Positions 1 to 12,789 of a DNA stretch of 64,000 nucleotides are shown piece by piece (within the stretch, counting starts at the first letter, position 1; the number at the start of each line of letters is the position of its first letter). A program made the position numbers and the translations under genes. The stretch comes from Psammoneis japonica (taxonomy: Eukaryota): NCBI GenBank assembly GCA_008632985.1, contig QPGO01000174.1:1-64000 (forward strand), read 5' to 3'. A model generated the notes under the pieces. The model had not been told where the DNA came from. It searched no databases and worked only from the letters and a program-made list of their open reading frames with translations.

Positions 1-150
1 CCAATCACTAATGTGTGGACAATTCGGCACTTGCGTTACCAGCTTCGTCATGAGGTCCACCACGCTCATGCCTTGTCGACAAAGGGACGATTCGATTATC
101 GGATAGGCGGCGACAGACCGATTGTTCGAATAAATCCTCCGTTTCTATCG
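1..150 (-). pseudogene. Truncated, frameshifted paralogous fragment of the adjacent GT31-like gene
   Basis: 1-150 aligns with about 595-752 (shared gattatcggataggcggcgacagaccgattgtt; peptide FEQSVCRRLSDN) with a short deletion. It runs off the window edge and retains TpA. Confidence 0.75.
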
Positions 151-309
151 CATTTGCAAGGATAGTATAACTTCTATTTTGAACAAGATGGACGGTTTCC
201 CTCTTTTCGAGTGGCGGGAAGCATTGCAAACTATACTGTGAATGCGATTGCGAAAATCAATTTACTATAGACTACCATAGTCTACAGGTGTTTTCTTTGC
301 GCGTCCCCT

Positions 310-1515
310 CTACAAAAACTTGTTTGGGAATCGAGATTGTACGACTGCAGAAATGTTTACCATTTCTTCTGGAGTCACATAATGGCACACATGCGAGTTT
401 GGACCGCAGCGATCCATCCACTGTTCCAGTCGGAAAAGCGATCCATGGTTTTTGCAACTTCCCGTCCTCCGCTTCCTCCCGTACAATTCACCATTATCCA
501 GCATGTGCAATCGTGATTGTGGCACGTCCTTGAACATGTCATTGTCGTCTGTATGCCTCGAGATGTAGTAGTAATTCACAAAGTAGGAAAGAGCCCAATC
601 ACTGTGTAGACAATTGGGAGCTTGCGTCACCAGCTCAGTCATTAACTCCACTATGCTCATGCCTTGTCGCCAAAGGGATGATTCGCCAATGAGATTATCG
701 GATAGGCGGCGACAGACCGATTGTTCAAAATCCTCATTATCCGTTTCTATCGTGGCACGGACAGCACTGGTGGTGCTGTTGTTGCAATACACTGGTTGAA
801 GCATGCGCTCCAAAGCACCTTTGCTATAGAAAGTACCCCAACCGCCAAACGGTAGCGTCCAATTGATCATGTGCACAGGGGATCTTATCATGCAGCCGGC
901 ATAAACTGTCGGTATCGAGCTGTTCTTTTCTTTCATTTCTTGATAAAACCATTCTAAATTCACATACGAGTCATCGTCAATCACAATAAAGTAGTCTGGC
1001 AGACTGTCCTGCAACGACGAGACAATCTTTGCCACATTGTATGGCATTCGCGTTTGAGCGCACAACCAGCCCATGGCGTTTGATTTTTTCCGCAACCATA
1101 GAACACTTGCAAAGCTGTTTCGAAAGTTCCTTGCAATATCAGATGTCAGACGGCTCTGTTTACATTTGCTTGAAAAATGATAGGCATATTGAGTCGTTTG
1201 ATTTGTGCATTCCGGAAAAAAGTCGTCGTTTCGTTCGTCCACGATAAAAAAGTTGCGCACCGAAACATGGGAGCCCCACGTTCGTTTCTGTGTCGTTGCA
1301 TACTGTGGCCTCGTCAAAGACCCAGTCACCATGACGTCCACCACTAATTTTTTGTGATTGCCGTTTTTGTTCTTGATGAGGTTGTGCGGCGGCGCATCAT
1401 CTGGCTGCTCGAGTGACGGCGGCAACATTTTCACCATCAACACGAATGAATGTATTGCCAAAGATGCCATTCCACTCATAAACAAGAGATTCTTGATGGA
1501 GTTGGGACGGACCAT
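310..1515 (-). CDS. Type II membrane glycosyltransferase, GT-A fold, Fringe/GT31-like
   Basis: Intact 401-aa ATG ORF with an N-terminal hydrophobic anchor, 'RTWGS', DxD motif 'PDYFIVIDDDSYVN', 'GGWGTFYS', 'SDWALSY'. Normal Tyr and TpA content. Confidence 0.75.
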   Translation of the reverse strand: MVRPNSIKNLLFMSGMASLAIHSFVLMVKMLPPSLEQPDDAPPHNLIKNKNGNHKKLVVDVMVTGSLTRPQYATTQKRTWGSHVSVRNFFIVDERNDDFFPECTNQTTQYAYHFSSKCKQSRLTSDIARNFRNSFASVLWLRKKSNAMGWLCAQTRMPYNVAKIVSSLQDSLPDYFIVIDDDSYVNLEWFYQEMKEKNSSIPTVYAGCMIRSPVHMINWTLPFGGWGTFYSKGALERMLQPVYCNNSTTSAVRATIETDNEDFEQSVCRRLSDNLIGESSLWRQGMSIVELMTELVTQAPNCLHSDWALSYFVNYYYISRHTDDNDMFKDVPQSRLHMLDNGELYGRKRRTGSCKNHGSLFRLEQWMDRCGPNSHVCHYVTPEEMVNISAVVQSRFPNKFL

Positions 1516-1744
1516 GTTGTTAAATACCTAGTTGTCAGCTGCCAGAACTGGTTGACAACCTTCACGAGGGATTACTCGTACAGTTTTGTGGGTTTTGGTT
1601 TTGAGTGAGCGGTGAGCGTTGAACGGATCAATCTCAACGGCTAGGTTGGACACGTAGACCTACAGTAGTGCAATACAGTGGAGACATATAGGGCTATTGT
1701 GTTTATGTCGCAGACATCTTCATGACTTATTCGTTTATTCCCTA

Positions 1745-2250
1745 AGTGTCATTCGGCCGTTATCATCTTACATTACTTAACACTCCCTCTCATCGGGGAC
1801 ATTGGGACGAATTGCCCAGAGTCATCTCGCCATCCACGAAAAGACGCAATCGAAAGCAAAATTGTTTCCTCATTCACTGGCTTGGTGAGGAAGTCGGAAA
1901 GTCGGTGTTTGGTGTCAATGGAATGGATCAATGTCTTGCCTCTGGAGGTGCAGCAGCCCCTGAAGTGATGTGACTTTGCACTCAAGTGCTTGGAGTTCTT
2001 GGGCTTTGCTTGCGGGTCTCCTGTTGTTTGCAGCCTTTGGAGCTCTGTTTGAGCTTTGGTCTTGGAGTTTTGGTCACATTCAAACCTTGTGGAATTGCAC
2101 CAGAAAACATTGACAGAATTCCGGAAAATCATGTGAGGAGACTTGCTTTGTTGCAATGCATTGTCAAACTTCACACACACTCCTGCCTCCCAAGTGCAAG
2201 CCGCCATTGAAAAAAAGCTCTGGCCACTCATTCTTCATGTTGAGGACAAA
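1745..2250 (-). mobile_element. Ty1/Copia 3' remnant: RNase H C-terminus, polypurine tract and start of 3' LTR
   Basis: 'SKHLSAKSHHFR..TLIHSIDTKHRLSDFLTKP' matches Copia 'TKHIxxKYHHFR..LADxFTKP'. PPT gagagggag (1783-1791, minus) is followed directly by TGTTAAG at 1782. Far LTR end not defined. Confidence 0.75.
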
Positions 2251-2329
2251 CAAAATCTTGTCGTCAGACGTCTCTCGATTGGACATGGAGCCGGACAGGG
2301 ACAAATTGGTCACATTGATGCTTTCCTCT

Positions 2330-5300
2330 AAATTGTTTTCAACAGCTTTACTTCATTTCCGGCCTTTCTTTTGTTTTTTGCCCCGGTCAACAAGAGCCAT
2401 CTTGGGCAATGCAACGCCCATTCCGCCACCAACGAGCGTGTTCTTCTGACAATGCCCAAAGGTGCATTTGGGTGATGTGCCCTCCATTCGCCAATGCTGA
2501 AACAAACCGTTCTTGCTTGCTTTTGTTTCCATGGTGCTTTGAGTCTGACAAGTTCTCCCAAAAGCAACAACTTCTTTTTCGTTGTCACTCAGAACAATGC
2601 CGTGCAGTTGCGTTGGAAACAAGCTGTTGGCTCCGTCATCATTTCTGCATTCAACACGTGCAAAGTCATGCCATTGCCCACCATTGCGGCAATTCGGGTG
2701 CACCCGAAAGTGCAACTCATGTTCAGCCTGTAGATTTGACTCGGAACACACAACTGCGTGCCTGCACTGGATTCCACACTGGTTGCAACGGCACAAAAAA
2801 TCAACAATGTCCAGCTCTAGATGAGCACTTCGTTCCCTTTTCATTTCCAAGGTGCCGGTGCACTCGCAGTGTGTTTTTTTGACTCGGTCGACTGTGAACA
2901 TGGCGTGACCCAGGTTGTGGTGTGATGATGCTGCCAATGACGAATCCTGAGTTGCATGTGGACGGACAATCAAATCATTGGCTCTCTCCAACAAAAGACT
3001 CTGCTCGTGCAGTTGGCTCGCAAGTTGACGTGTGAACTCTTCTTTGCCTTGCAATGCTTGGCAGGTCCAACTTAGAAGCTTTGCCCATTTCTTTAGACCA
3101 GACTTGCCGGTGGCGGCATCCCATCCAGAAAACACACCCAACCAACAAAGAGCGGCAATCAAGTGCAGCAGGTCGCGGAACTTGGATGTTTTCCATCCAT
3201 GTGTGCCTTCGCCACGATCAATCATGCTGTGCAGCTCGAACATCAGAAGCACCAGGCGACATTTGATGTTGGCTTGGTTGGTGTGTGAGCACAGGGAAGA
3301 ACCGCAGCTGCAGAAGGAGCAGAACAACAACAATTTGTTGAGCAACAGCAACAAGTGTTCCACATCGTCACAGTCCACTGAACAACAAGCCGGCTCCAGG
3401 TCGTCACACAGGCTGTTTAGCCTTTGGCGGAATGCAAGAGGCAACTCCTTTTCAATTTCTGAACAAACGAACAGCAGGTTGTGAGAATTTGCCTTTGTGT
3501 GAAGGGACTGGCGTCGATCCGCACAGCGTCTAAAAATCTCAGAAACGGAGGAATCGGCATGGTTTGGGATGCAGAATTGACGACCCAGGTTGACATTTCT
3601 TGTTTGCATCCACACAATGTTGTGACAAACATGAGCTTGAGCCGTTGTCAGCTGCGTTGTGCAAGGACATGTGTGCATGAGCCCATGAAGGCAACATTGT
3701 TCCTCCAGATGTTCGTTGTGGACTGGGTCATCATGGCTGCACTCTTCTTTGGTGCAAGGCTTGTCAACCAAGGATGCGGAGGCCTGCGGTGGTTGATCCC
3801 CAATGGAAACTTCCTCCTCATCACTCTCTTCCTTGTCATCTTGCAGATTTGGTTGCTGTTTGTCTGAATCACATGCGGACTCATCGTCATTGTCAAGCAA
3901 ATTGTTGTGGTTGTTGGAAACGGATTCACCTTCTTTGTGTGCACAACCATCATTGTCTTCTTCTTTGCATTCACATTCTTCTTCGCACTCACATTCTGAA
4001 GGCTGATCATCAAAATTAGAAGCACGGTTTTTCTTTGTCTTGTCAAAATCAGGATGGCAACGAAGACAGAGTGTGCTCCATCCCTCCTCGGTCTGACCCA
4101 TCAGTGCCAATGCAAACAGCTTTCCCATCTTTTGGTCGCAGGTCAAACCAGACAAGGTGCAAAATCCATTTCACAAGACAACCGGTGGAAAGTTTGATCT
4201 CTGACCTGGTCTGCACCACTGAGATCCAAACATGTGGTTTGCCAAATCATTGTCAGGATTGGGAGGAATCAGGCAAATCGTCAAGAATGACAGAGAGCGT
4301 CTGAGGGACTGTGCCGCCTTGGAACATGTGCATTGGATCAGGGGACGCAAACCCAAACACACCATGACAATTGTCTCCCATCTGAAGATGAAAGAATGAA
4401 TTGTCAACCGTGTGTTGGCCAAACACCTCATGAAGCATGGTGGAACAAATGTTCATGCGCTGGACAACTGCACTGCGTGCCTTGGAACGGATTGAATCAG
4501 CTTTCGTCTTGGACATCACTGTGTCTGTTTGTGATTTGACACAAAGATGCCATGGACTGTCGGTGGAACCGGGTGGTGGTCCAAATGCTGCAACAGTTGA
4601 ACGCTCCATCAGTTCTTGGGAAAAGTGTCTGCAGCAATGTAAAGGTTCACTGCTGTTGGTCCAGGAAGAAAGACAGGCATGACTGATGTGGCAGGAGTTT
4701 TCGCGACCAGAAACACGGCCGGTTGCTTGTGCGGCGTTAACAGCATCGACCAACAATGTTGTGCTGTGGACAATGATGCGCTTGTGACAATGCTGATCGC
4801 CCAGTCGGACTCAGCAGACAGAAGGTGATTCTTGTGCTTGAATTGCAGATGCTAGAAGGACAGATGAAATTCGGTGGTAATTTCTGATGTTCATCCTGAA
4901 AACGGGATTCTTTGTTTTGCAACCTGTGTGTGTCGGAACAAATCCAAGAGGACGCCATGCTTCAAAATGATGGCGGGCACATGACTTGATGAGAGTTACA
5001 GAGAAAACAAATGGCTGCATTGAATGAGGTGCAACCTGTCCTTTCCCGGTTTTGTCGGTGCAATGCAAAACAAGCACATGAAAGGAACCGGGGACGGTGG
5101 GAAAAATGCAGCCACAACAACAGTTGCTGCAAGTTTCACCGTCCTTCATTTCGGCATCGTCACAAAGTTTCCAATCACCATTCTCATCCAACATGGGTTC
5201 ACTGGAGAGCACCTGAGACCAACGTGAATCAGGAGGAACATCAAGATTTGAAAGATCGGCAAAAAGGGGATCGTTGAACAGATCCTGCAGTTGGAGGGAA

Positions 5301-6150
5301 AAGTCGCACACAGGGATGCCGGGAGAGAGCTCCTGAGGCGGGTCGTTCTTGAACTGGTTGACGATGGAGACAGACTTGAGAGGAATGCGCTGCAGCACCG
5401 GGGGCACAACGCCAGGAAACATTGACTTGAGCTTGGACAGGAAAGTTCAAGAAGAGGGGATTTGTCCAGTGACAGACAACCCACCACTGGAGAATTCCTC
5501 CTGCACAGTTCTCAGCAGCTCATCTGTCACACTGATTGGGACACCCTTGGAGCAGCACAAATTCAACATGGGACCATGGATGTCATTTTGCAGTTGCACG
5601 CTTTTTTCGCAGAGAGGTGCCCAACTTGATTGAGTGTGGAAAAAGGGCCAGATTCTGCAACATTGGCAGCAGAACCCTCAGTGTCGGAAACAAATTCTTT
5701 GGGGTCTGGAAACTGGCAGTCTGAAACATCATCAACGTGGGGAAGAACGGAGTTGTTGTGTGAACCCCGCAGCTCTGGGACATGTGAAGGTGCACGATTG
5801 GAATGCGACGGCCGGGGATTGTGTCAGGTGTGACCTTGTGGAGTTCGAACTGCGTTGGCATCGGGACTTGCAGCGACAAATTCAAATGGAGGAGAGCCGG
5901 GGGTAGAAGAGGCAGCAACATCCACTTGTTCATGTGATTCTCCAGTTTGGGGGTGTTTGCCATGAGCGGGGTTGGATTGACGGGAAGAAGCGTCCTGAAG
6001 GCTTTGAGAAAAGGACAGTTTGCAGGGAAGACAAGTTCTCAGGTGGTGTTGAAGACCAGCTGGGAGAAAACGTTTGCCACACATGGGACAATCATTTCCC
6101 ATGGCGAAGGGGGCCGCCATTGTTCATGTTGCAAAAACGAATGATGTGAC
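2330..6150 (-). mobile_element. Degenerate Plavaka-like DNA transposase gene
   Basis: N-terminal zinc finger 'CPMCGKRF..GLQHHLRTC'; 'LQDLFNDP'; 'VLHCTDKTG..MQPFVFSVTL..R...AWRPLGFVP'; 'PDPMHMFQGG'. Frameshifted and TpA-depleted. Confidence 0.65.
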
Positions 6151-6339
6151 AATGAGTGGGATGAACCACGTGGTAAAAAAACATGTGGCAGGTGACAAGA
6201 TTGGGTTGCACAAATCAACTCAGGCATTGACGTGTGAGATCACAGCTTGGTTTAATGCACAACTTTCAGTTGTCTGCACGCCGGCGTGCAGAGTTAGCAC
6301 CAGGCAATTGACAACGCAGGACAAATCCGACTTTCCGCA

Positions 6340-7560
6340 GTGATGGAAATTTTGCCATGCTGGCTCACATCTCGGATCATTGCCCCACCAGACGATGCCA
6401 CTGCAAGTGACAAGGAAGCCCAGACAGCCCACTTTGGGTTTGGCAGTGAAATGGAATTTCTTGGCATTGACCTTCAGCCCGGCTTGTGTTCAAGACACAT
6501 GCACACCTTTTCAAGCTCATTGAGATGGTCTTTAAAATCACCTTTTGCAAGGCATGGCATGTCATCAACACAAGTTCTGATGAACTCTAGACCTGCCATG
6601 AGCTCACTCATGTGCTCTTGGAAAATGTCCGCAGCTCCACAGATTCCCATGGGTGGTCTGCAGCATGCATTTCCCCCAAGGCATGACAATCATGCACAAA
6701 CAACATGCGTGCAGAGCCAATTCAACATGACAGCATCCCATGTTCAAATCAAGGGAAGTCACACACATGAAACCTTCAAGCTTCTGCAGCATGTCCTGAA
6801 CATCAGGCAGAGGAAACGGAGTGTGCATTGGCCTCTTGTTCAGCTCACGGCAGTCGGACAGAAACCAAACTCAACCATTTTTCTTTGGTTGAACAAAGGT
6901 TGGAGCTGCCCATTTGGAGAAATTTATTTTTCTCAAGACATTTAAATTGCACAGTCTTTCAACTTCCTTTTCGAAGTGGTCGCCTCCAAGGCTTGTGGCA
7001 TGGGAAATGGCCCAGTGTGACATGGACTCGCACCCAATCTCAACTTTAAATCCACTGGTTTCCCGGTCCATTTGCCTGGAGAACCATTGAATGGGTTTTC
7101 AAATCTTTTTAAGAGAAAGTTCAGCTGCTTCTGCTCTTCTGGAGTTAGATGAGTTGCTGCTGCTGTCACATTGTCAAGGTCAGCAGCATGATGATCTGAG
7201 TCAAGGATCCGATTGACCCTGTCATCAAGCGCAATCACGGCATGAGATTCCTCAATGTGATCGGCAATCAACTTGAAAACATCAGCATTGAAGCGTGCAT
7301 CAACATTCTCCACAGGTGCAGTTGCATCTTCCCATTTGATCTCTTTGAAAAGTCCAATGTGATCCCAAGACTGGACACCAAGTCACGTTTCACGTTCAAA
7401 CCAAATTGAAGCTTTTGAAGCTCTTGCAGACCAACATGAAGGATTGAAGGCCCTTTTGCATTGAACATTTTGTTTATCATGTCTTTTTAATTGCATTGTC
7501 GGATTGTGTCTTTTACACTTTCGTCCAAGGAAACAGTTCTCTTTTGAACAGCGTAAATTA
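6340..7560 (-). mobile_element. Ty3/Gypsy pol remnant (protease end to RT)
   Basis: 'KEVERL...WAAPTFVQPKKNG', 'PFPLPDVQDML..SLDLNMGCCHVEL' (GYYH), 'PMG...ADIFQEHM..LEFIRTCVDD' (YxDD). Confidence 0.9.
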
Positions 7561-7853
7561 AGTGGAAAGTCAGCCTGGATGTCAGAAATCAAGTAGAACT
7601 TCGGTGCTCAAAGTGTAGTCAATCCTAGAACCTTGCATTGGGTATTCTTCAGGATAAAAAAATAGGACTGCTTTTCTGTTTATGATGTTACAATCCACAG
7701 TTTGTGGCCCTCGTAATCTGGTTTGGGATCAATCTACAGGCTCGCTCGTTGCATGTCTATATTATGTTACCATAGCTAGTCAGAGTCAACTTCAAATCGA
7801 TGAGATCTGTGCTGTCGTTGCAAATAGCCATGACGTCGGCAACTCTGCATCAC

Positions 7854-9068
7854 TCAGGGGGACCATTCTTCTTGGTCGACTCCATATGAGTTGTAAAAAT
7901 GGTTGAATCCATTGCTCTCCGAGGCATGTGTCCGCCTCGAATCGTCACAGGAACGCCACAAAGCAGTCACTCGCCCGATGTTGCTGTTGAAGCTCCCCAC
8001 AAAGTACGTGGCACTGATCAACAATTTGATGTCGGCCAGCAAAAACACGGTGTGTCCGCCATCTCGTGTCGTATCGTAATCACTCCGGGCCAACGTGTAC
8101 AGCGTACAGTTAATGGATGCCCTGCGTAAGGCCTCCGTCATATTGGGCACGACGAGATAGTCATCAGTGGCTAAATAGCAGGAACGAATCTTGGACAAGT
8201 CGTCAAAAGACAACCGATTGGTGAGTTGATCCACGTATTCTTGAGCTTCGAACGGTCTCGATTCTCGTAGAATCTTATCCCCTCGCCGTACATGGAAAGC
8301 CGCCGAGTGCTCAGAATCAAGCCCCTTTCCAAAGAGCGGAATTGACGCATTTCGTAAGATGCAGTCGATGCGCGCATGGATTTCCGGACGAATCTTCAAG
8401 TTGCACGCCAAAGGCGACACACTGCCATATAGGGTAATATTCGAACGCGTTTCTTCAAAATAGCCATGAATTTTACGGAGTAGCACAAAGAAAGTGTTCC
8501 ATTGTCGATTCGTCGACAGGGAAACGGTCACTATGGGCACTTCGTCTGAAGGTTGAAAACCGGGCCACCAAGCTTTTTCGATTGGAACAGAAGAATTCAG
8601 CGACTCAATAACAGTCGGCTTGTCCTGGACGTTATCCAGAACAGAAAAGTCTGTCATGAGAAAGCCCGTGCACAAGCCATGAGTGTTGTTTGGACGGTAC
8701 TGTTCAAATCGACTTTGATCCACTACTAAGGTTCGATTTGCCGCTTCCAAGAAATATAGCTGGAACAGTATGATTTGCATGAAAAGAGACCCGAAGCCGA
8801 GGTATCTCGTGAATCTTCCAAACTCAAAAAGAAAGACTTTTTGTTTTTTCATGAGAAGATCCTTGAAGCCACCCACTCCGGATAGCGTTATAGTTTCTGC
8901 TGTGTGATGCATGGTTGATGTATTCATCAAGCCAGCCGTCCTTGTTCCATTTTGCGAGCTTTCGACCATCAACGACGAGAATGGCTGGAGGCCGGGCATA
9001 AAGTAAACTCCGCGACTGGCCAAAATTAGAACAACTCCTACCACCAGTATTCTGCGGAGAGACTTCAT
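7854..9068 (-). CDS. Alpha-1,6-fucosyltransferase-like (GT23/FUT8-like) glycosyltransferase
   Basis: Intact ORF from ATG at 9068 (the track start is a GTG). N-terminal TM segment, 'LGFGSLF', 'FHVRRGDK', 'YLATDD', 'FVGSFNSNIGR'. Normal TpA. Confidence 0.8.
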   Translation of the reverse strand: MKSLRRILVVGVVLILASRGVYFMPGLQPFSSLMVESSQNGTRTAGLMNTSTMHHTAETITLSGVGGFKDLLMKKQKVFLFEFGRFTRYLGFGSLFMQIILFQLYFLEAANRTLVVDQSRFEQYRPNNTHGLCTGFLMTDFSVLDNVQDKPTVIESLNSSVPIEKAWWPGFQPSDEVPIVTVSLSTNRQWNTFFVLLRKIHGYFEETRSNITLYGSVSPLACNLKIRPEIHARIDCILRNASIPLFGKGLDSEHSAAFHVRRGDKILRESRPFEAQEYVDQLTNRLSFDDLSKIRSCYLATDDYLVVPNMTEALRRASINCTLYTLARSDYDTTRDGGHTVFLLADIKLLISATYFVGSFNSNIGRVTALWRSCDDSRRTHASESNGFNHFYNSYGVDQEEWSP

Positions 9069-11989
9069 ATGGTCGCTGACTACAGAAGGTAGCACTCACG
9101 TTGCATTCCTCAATATCTCTTGAGGATGTTCCTTTCTCTCAAACGGAACACTTCTACTCTCTACATGCTACTACTAGAGAGTGTCTGGTCTACCAAGCAC
9201 CTCAATTGAAGGTAAAAACCTCAATTGAGGCAGTTTTTCGACCCCCGTCGCTAAATCGCTAAAACCGTTGTTGCCCCCAAGTGACACCACAATGTTGTTC
9301 TCCATGCTTTAAAACCTCTAGGGGCAACAATTGGGGCAATTTTTTCATGTTCGTGGCCGGTTAAAGGAAAAGGGAAAAAAGGAGGGGATTCGACCGTTGA
9401 ACACACACACAAATTGACCATGCAACCAAGGCCAGAGTTGCACTGGCTTCTTTTGGTCCAGGGCAGTTGCTGCAGGTGCAAAGAGTGGGGCACATTGCAG
9501 CTGCAGGAGTGACAATGTGACGCTGAGTGTGTGCCACCAAGCTGAGCAGCCCAGCTTGGTTGTCAGCCAAGCCCTGCCAGGCCAGCTGCTGCCCTGGCTC
9601 CAGCTGTTCCTCCCAGCGTGCGCCGGTTGTTGAAGGAGCACCACATTGACTCAAAGGCTGTGTTTTAAGTGGGGCAGAGAGAAAAAACTGTCATCTCAAT
9701 TGGTGCTTGCTTCAGACCCTGCATCATGAGCGCAAGCTCCTCTTGAGAAATGAGCGAGAGAACAGCCATTTTTGGCACTTCTCTTTGGTTGCCCACTTGG
9801 CATTGCCGACAAATCTTGAACCCAATTTTGCTGACAGTTTCTTCACTCTTCAACCAAAAAAGCAGGCTCAACTTTTTGTTGGCTTCTTGTGGCTGGGGGT
9901 TGCTGTTGCAGGCACAAGTGGTGGGCACATGCCATGTGGCTGCTTCTTGGCAACAATGTGATGCCAAGCATGTGCCGCACACCAAGGAGCCAAGCAGCCC
10001 AGCTCAGCTTTGAATGGAGCCCCAGGACAGCAGCCAACTCTGGGTGATCTCAGCATGGTTTGCTTGTTCAAGCTGTGCTGCACTCACCCCACAATGCTCT
10101 GTGTTGTGGCGGCTTGTTGCAAGCCATGGCTCTGAGAAGTCAGCAGTCAGCCAGGGGCCCATCTTGCAAAGGCCGTGCATGTTGACCCTGTGCAAAGCTG
10201 TGTGAGGGGCCAGGCACAGGGGTTGCAATGATGGCTTCATGGCCATTGGCTCCAAGTTGGCATTTGATTGGGAGCCATTGCTGAGGGGCTGTGAAGTGTG
10301 GGGTTGGGAGCCCCTCACACTCTTTTTGTTGTCACAAATTGCTGCCACAGCTGTCTTTGCACTGCAGCCAGTCAGGTGCAGTTGGCCCCGAGTTGGCACT
10401 TGATTTGGAGTGACTGCCAAGGAGCTGTGAAGTGTGGGGTTGGGCAGTCCGGCCAGCTTGCACTCTTTGCTGACAGCAGAAAGTGCTGTTGCAGCTGTCC
10501 TTGCATTGTGGTGCCAGCCAGGCACACATGGCCAGAGCAGCCTTGGCACATCCTGCTGACAAAGCCAGCAAAAACAGTGACTCTTGTGGTTGAGCCAACA
10601 TGCAGGAGGTCTGGGCACACCCCTGGGAAGTCAAACAGGAAGGAGGGCTCAGCATTGCCACCAGCGCCAGGCAGACCACACAGCCCAGAGTTGGGTGTCT
10701 TGGCTGGCAGGTTGGAAAGCATTCTTGAGCACAGTCTGGCATGTGGGCAGTGCTGTCACCAAGAGAGCTGCTCTGCAGAGGAAGAGGGAAACAGGCAACA
10801 ACATTTTGCAAGAACTGTTTTGTCAATGGTCGGGTGGGATGGGGCAGCATCTAGACTTTGACGGAGCATTTGGCAGACAAAGATTGAGCACAGAGAGCTG
10901 TCCACTCAAGCCCCACAAGTGGCACATTCCAAAGGTGACACACCACACATGGGCCATGTGTTCATGCATCAACATGCCTCAAGCTGCAAGTCACATGAGA
11001 AACCACAACCAACCTTTCAACCAACCACCATCATGGACAGAACAGGGCAAGAGATTTGAAACAAGAGCGATTCATTGACTCTCTTCTTGTTTCATGCATT
11101 CAAGAGCTTCTTGTCCTTCTCAAATGTTTGTTGTGCATTCTTGTCTCTTTTAATTCAAGTGCAAAGAGGAGTCACTTTTCTTGTTTCTTTCTCTTGAGGG
11201 GTTGTTGGTTGTTGAGTGATGCAATTTTTGTTGTCACATTTTTGGAAATGTTGGCAAACCTGATCACTGCTTGATTGTCAACCCATTTGCTGTTTTGAGT
11301 CTCCATGGCATGAATGCCACAATTCCAGAGCCCTCAATTGTTTCATCAAACACAGTGCTTTGAAACACGTCCAACATCAACTCAACTCAGTTGAAATCCC
11401 AGTTTGTGGGCAATGAAAAATCACGAATGTCAAACAAATGGCTGCTTTCAACACATCAAGATCCCCAAGTTCAATCCAAATGTGACAACACACCTCAGAG
11501 CTTGTGGCCATGACACATGCAAGCATGCTTCATTGTTGTCATTGCATGCTCACATCGAAAGTGCCGATGGATCAAAGTTCAGGAAAAGGATGGCATGCAA
11601 ATTCAATTGTGCATTCATTGTTGGCATTGGCGCAATGACATTTGCGGCAGAAGCAATCAAAAATCCTTGTTCGTCATTGACATTTCTGTGTTGCTCAGAA
11701 TTTGAAATCTGACCACTGCCGTTGAGCATTTGGCTCTCTTTGTGTTGAAGTGGAAATGCACACTGGCCATTTGGCTTTTTTTGTGATGAAGTGGAAATGG
11801 CGCTTGACGATTTGCACTGACCATTTGGCTCACTTTGGCTCAAAGTCAGACAAAGAGATCTGGTTGTGGGCTTGTCATCAACCAGCCACGAGCATGAAAT
11901 CTTTACCACAATTGGGCTCTTCATTTGCACTCAACCACACATTTGCCTTCTTCACCTTGTTGGCATGCAAACATGTGCGTGCCAAAAAT

Positions 11990-12210
11990 GTGCGAATTTT
12001 GGCACTTTGGTGATGATGATGCGACCGCCATTTTGATTTGCGTGGCAAAGAGCAACACCTTTGATCAGATGACATTTCAGCTGATTTCCTGAGAAGTTGA
12101 CATTTGAGTGTCGATGGGCAGACTGACTGACAAATGTCATTTCCAGTGCTCTTCTGCACAATTTCTGTGCAGCAACTCTGAGAGTCACAATGACTCCCAT
12201 TGAAGTCTTG
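11990..12210. repeat. Dispersed non-coding repeat, also at about 38455-38530 (inverted), 39670-39800 and 39975-40110 (inverted)
   Basis: Shared blocks tgatttcc(t/c)gagaagttgacatt, cagactgac and ctgcacaatttct. Confidence 0.65.
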
Positions 12211-12789
12211 GTCAGCAGAAAAAACAACTGAGACATCAGACTCCATCTCTGCAACATCAGGAAAGCATCAAAGCCCTTTGTTCAAAGCAGTGCATGTGTG
12301 CTGGACTTGTTGCCCAATGCCACAAGTTGCAAGGACTGTGCACATGTCATTGGGTGCTGCCACCATGCCATCTGTGGTGCAAAACAACAAATGGGATGAC
12401 CCCTGATGAGTGACAAGTTGCAAGATGTGAGAAAAGATTCTGTTGGAATGCTTGAGTTGGAGGTGGTTTTTGCAGAACAGACAAACAAAGTTGCGGCAAA
12501 AAGACATGCTGACAACTGTGGACAATGTGGTGAGTTTGCATTCGCAGCTCAGTTTGAGTCATTTGTCTCATGCTCACTTTTTAGCTTCTGCACCTGGCTG
12601 AGGCAACATGGTGATGGTGGTCAACAGCAACAACAACATGATGTTTGCGAGCCATGCAGTGAGTCAGGAGTTGGTGAGACCAAATGTGTGCCAGTCAACA
12701 AGCCACAAAGCTCCAACACAGAAGCTGAAAAGGCATGGCATGACACTCAAAGGAGTGGTGTCATTGGAAGGTTAGGAAGTTGAGAGGTG

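Noticed and set aside
9370..11950. Gene or TE assignment for this TA-free stretch
   Set aside because: No motif I could recognise; left unannotated.
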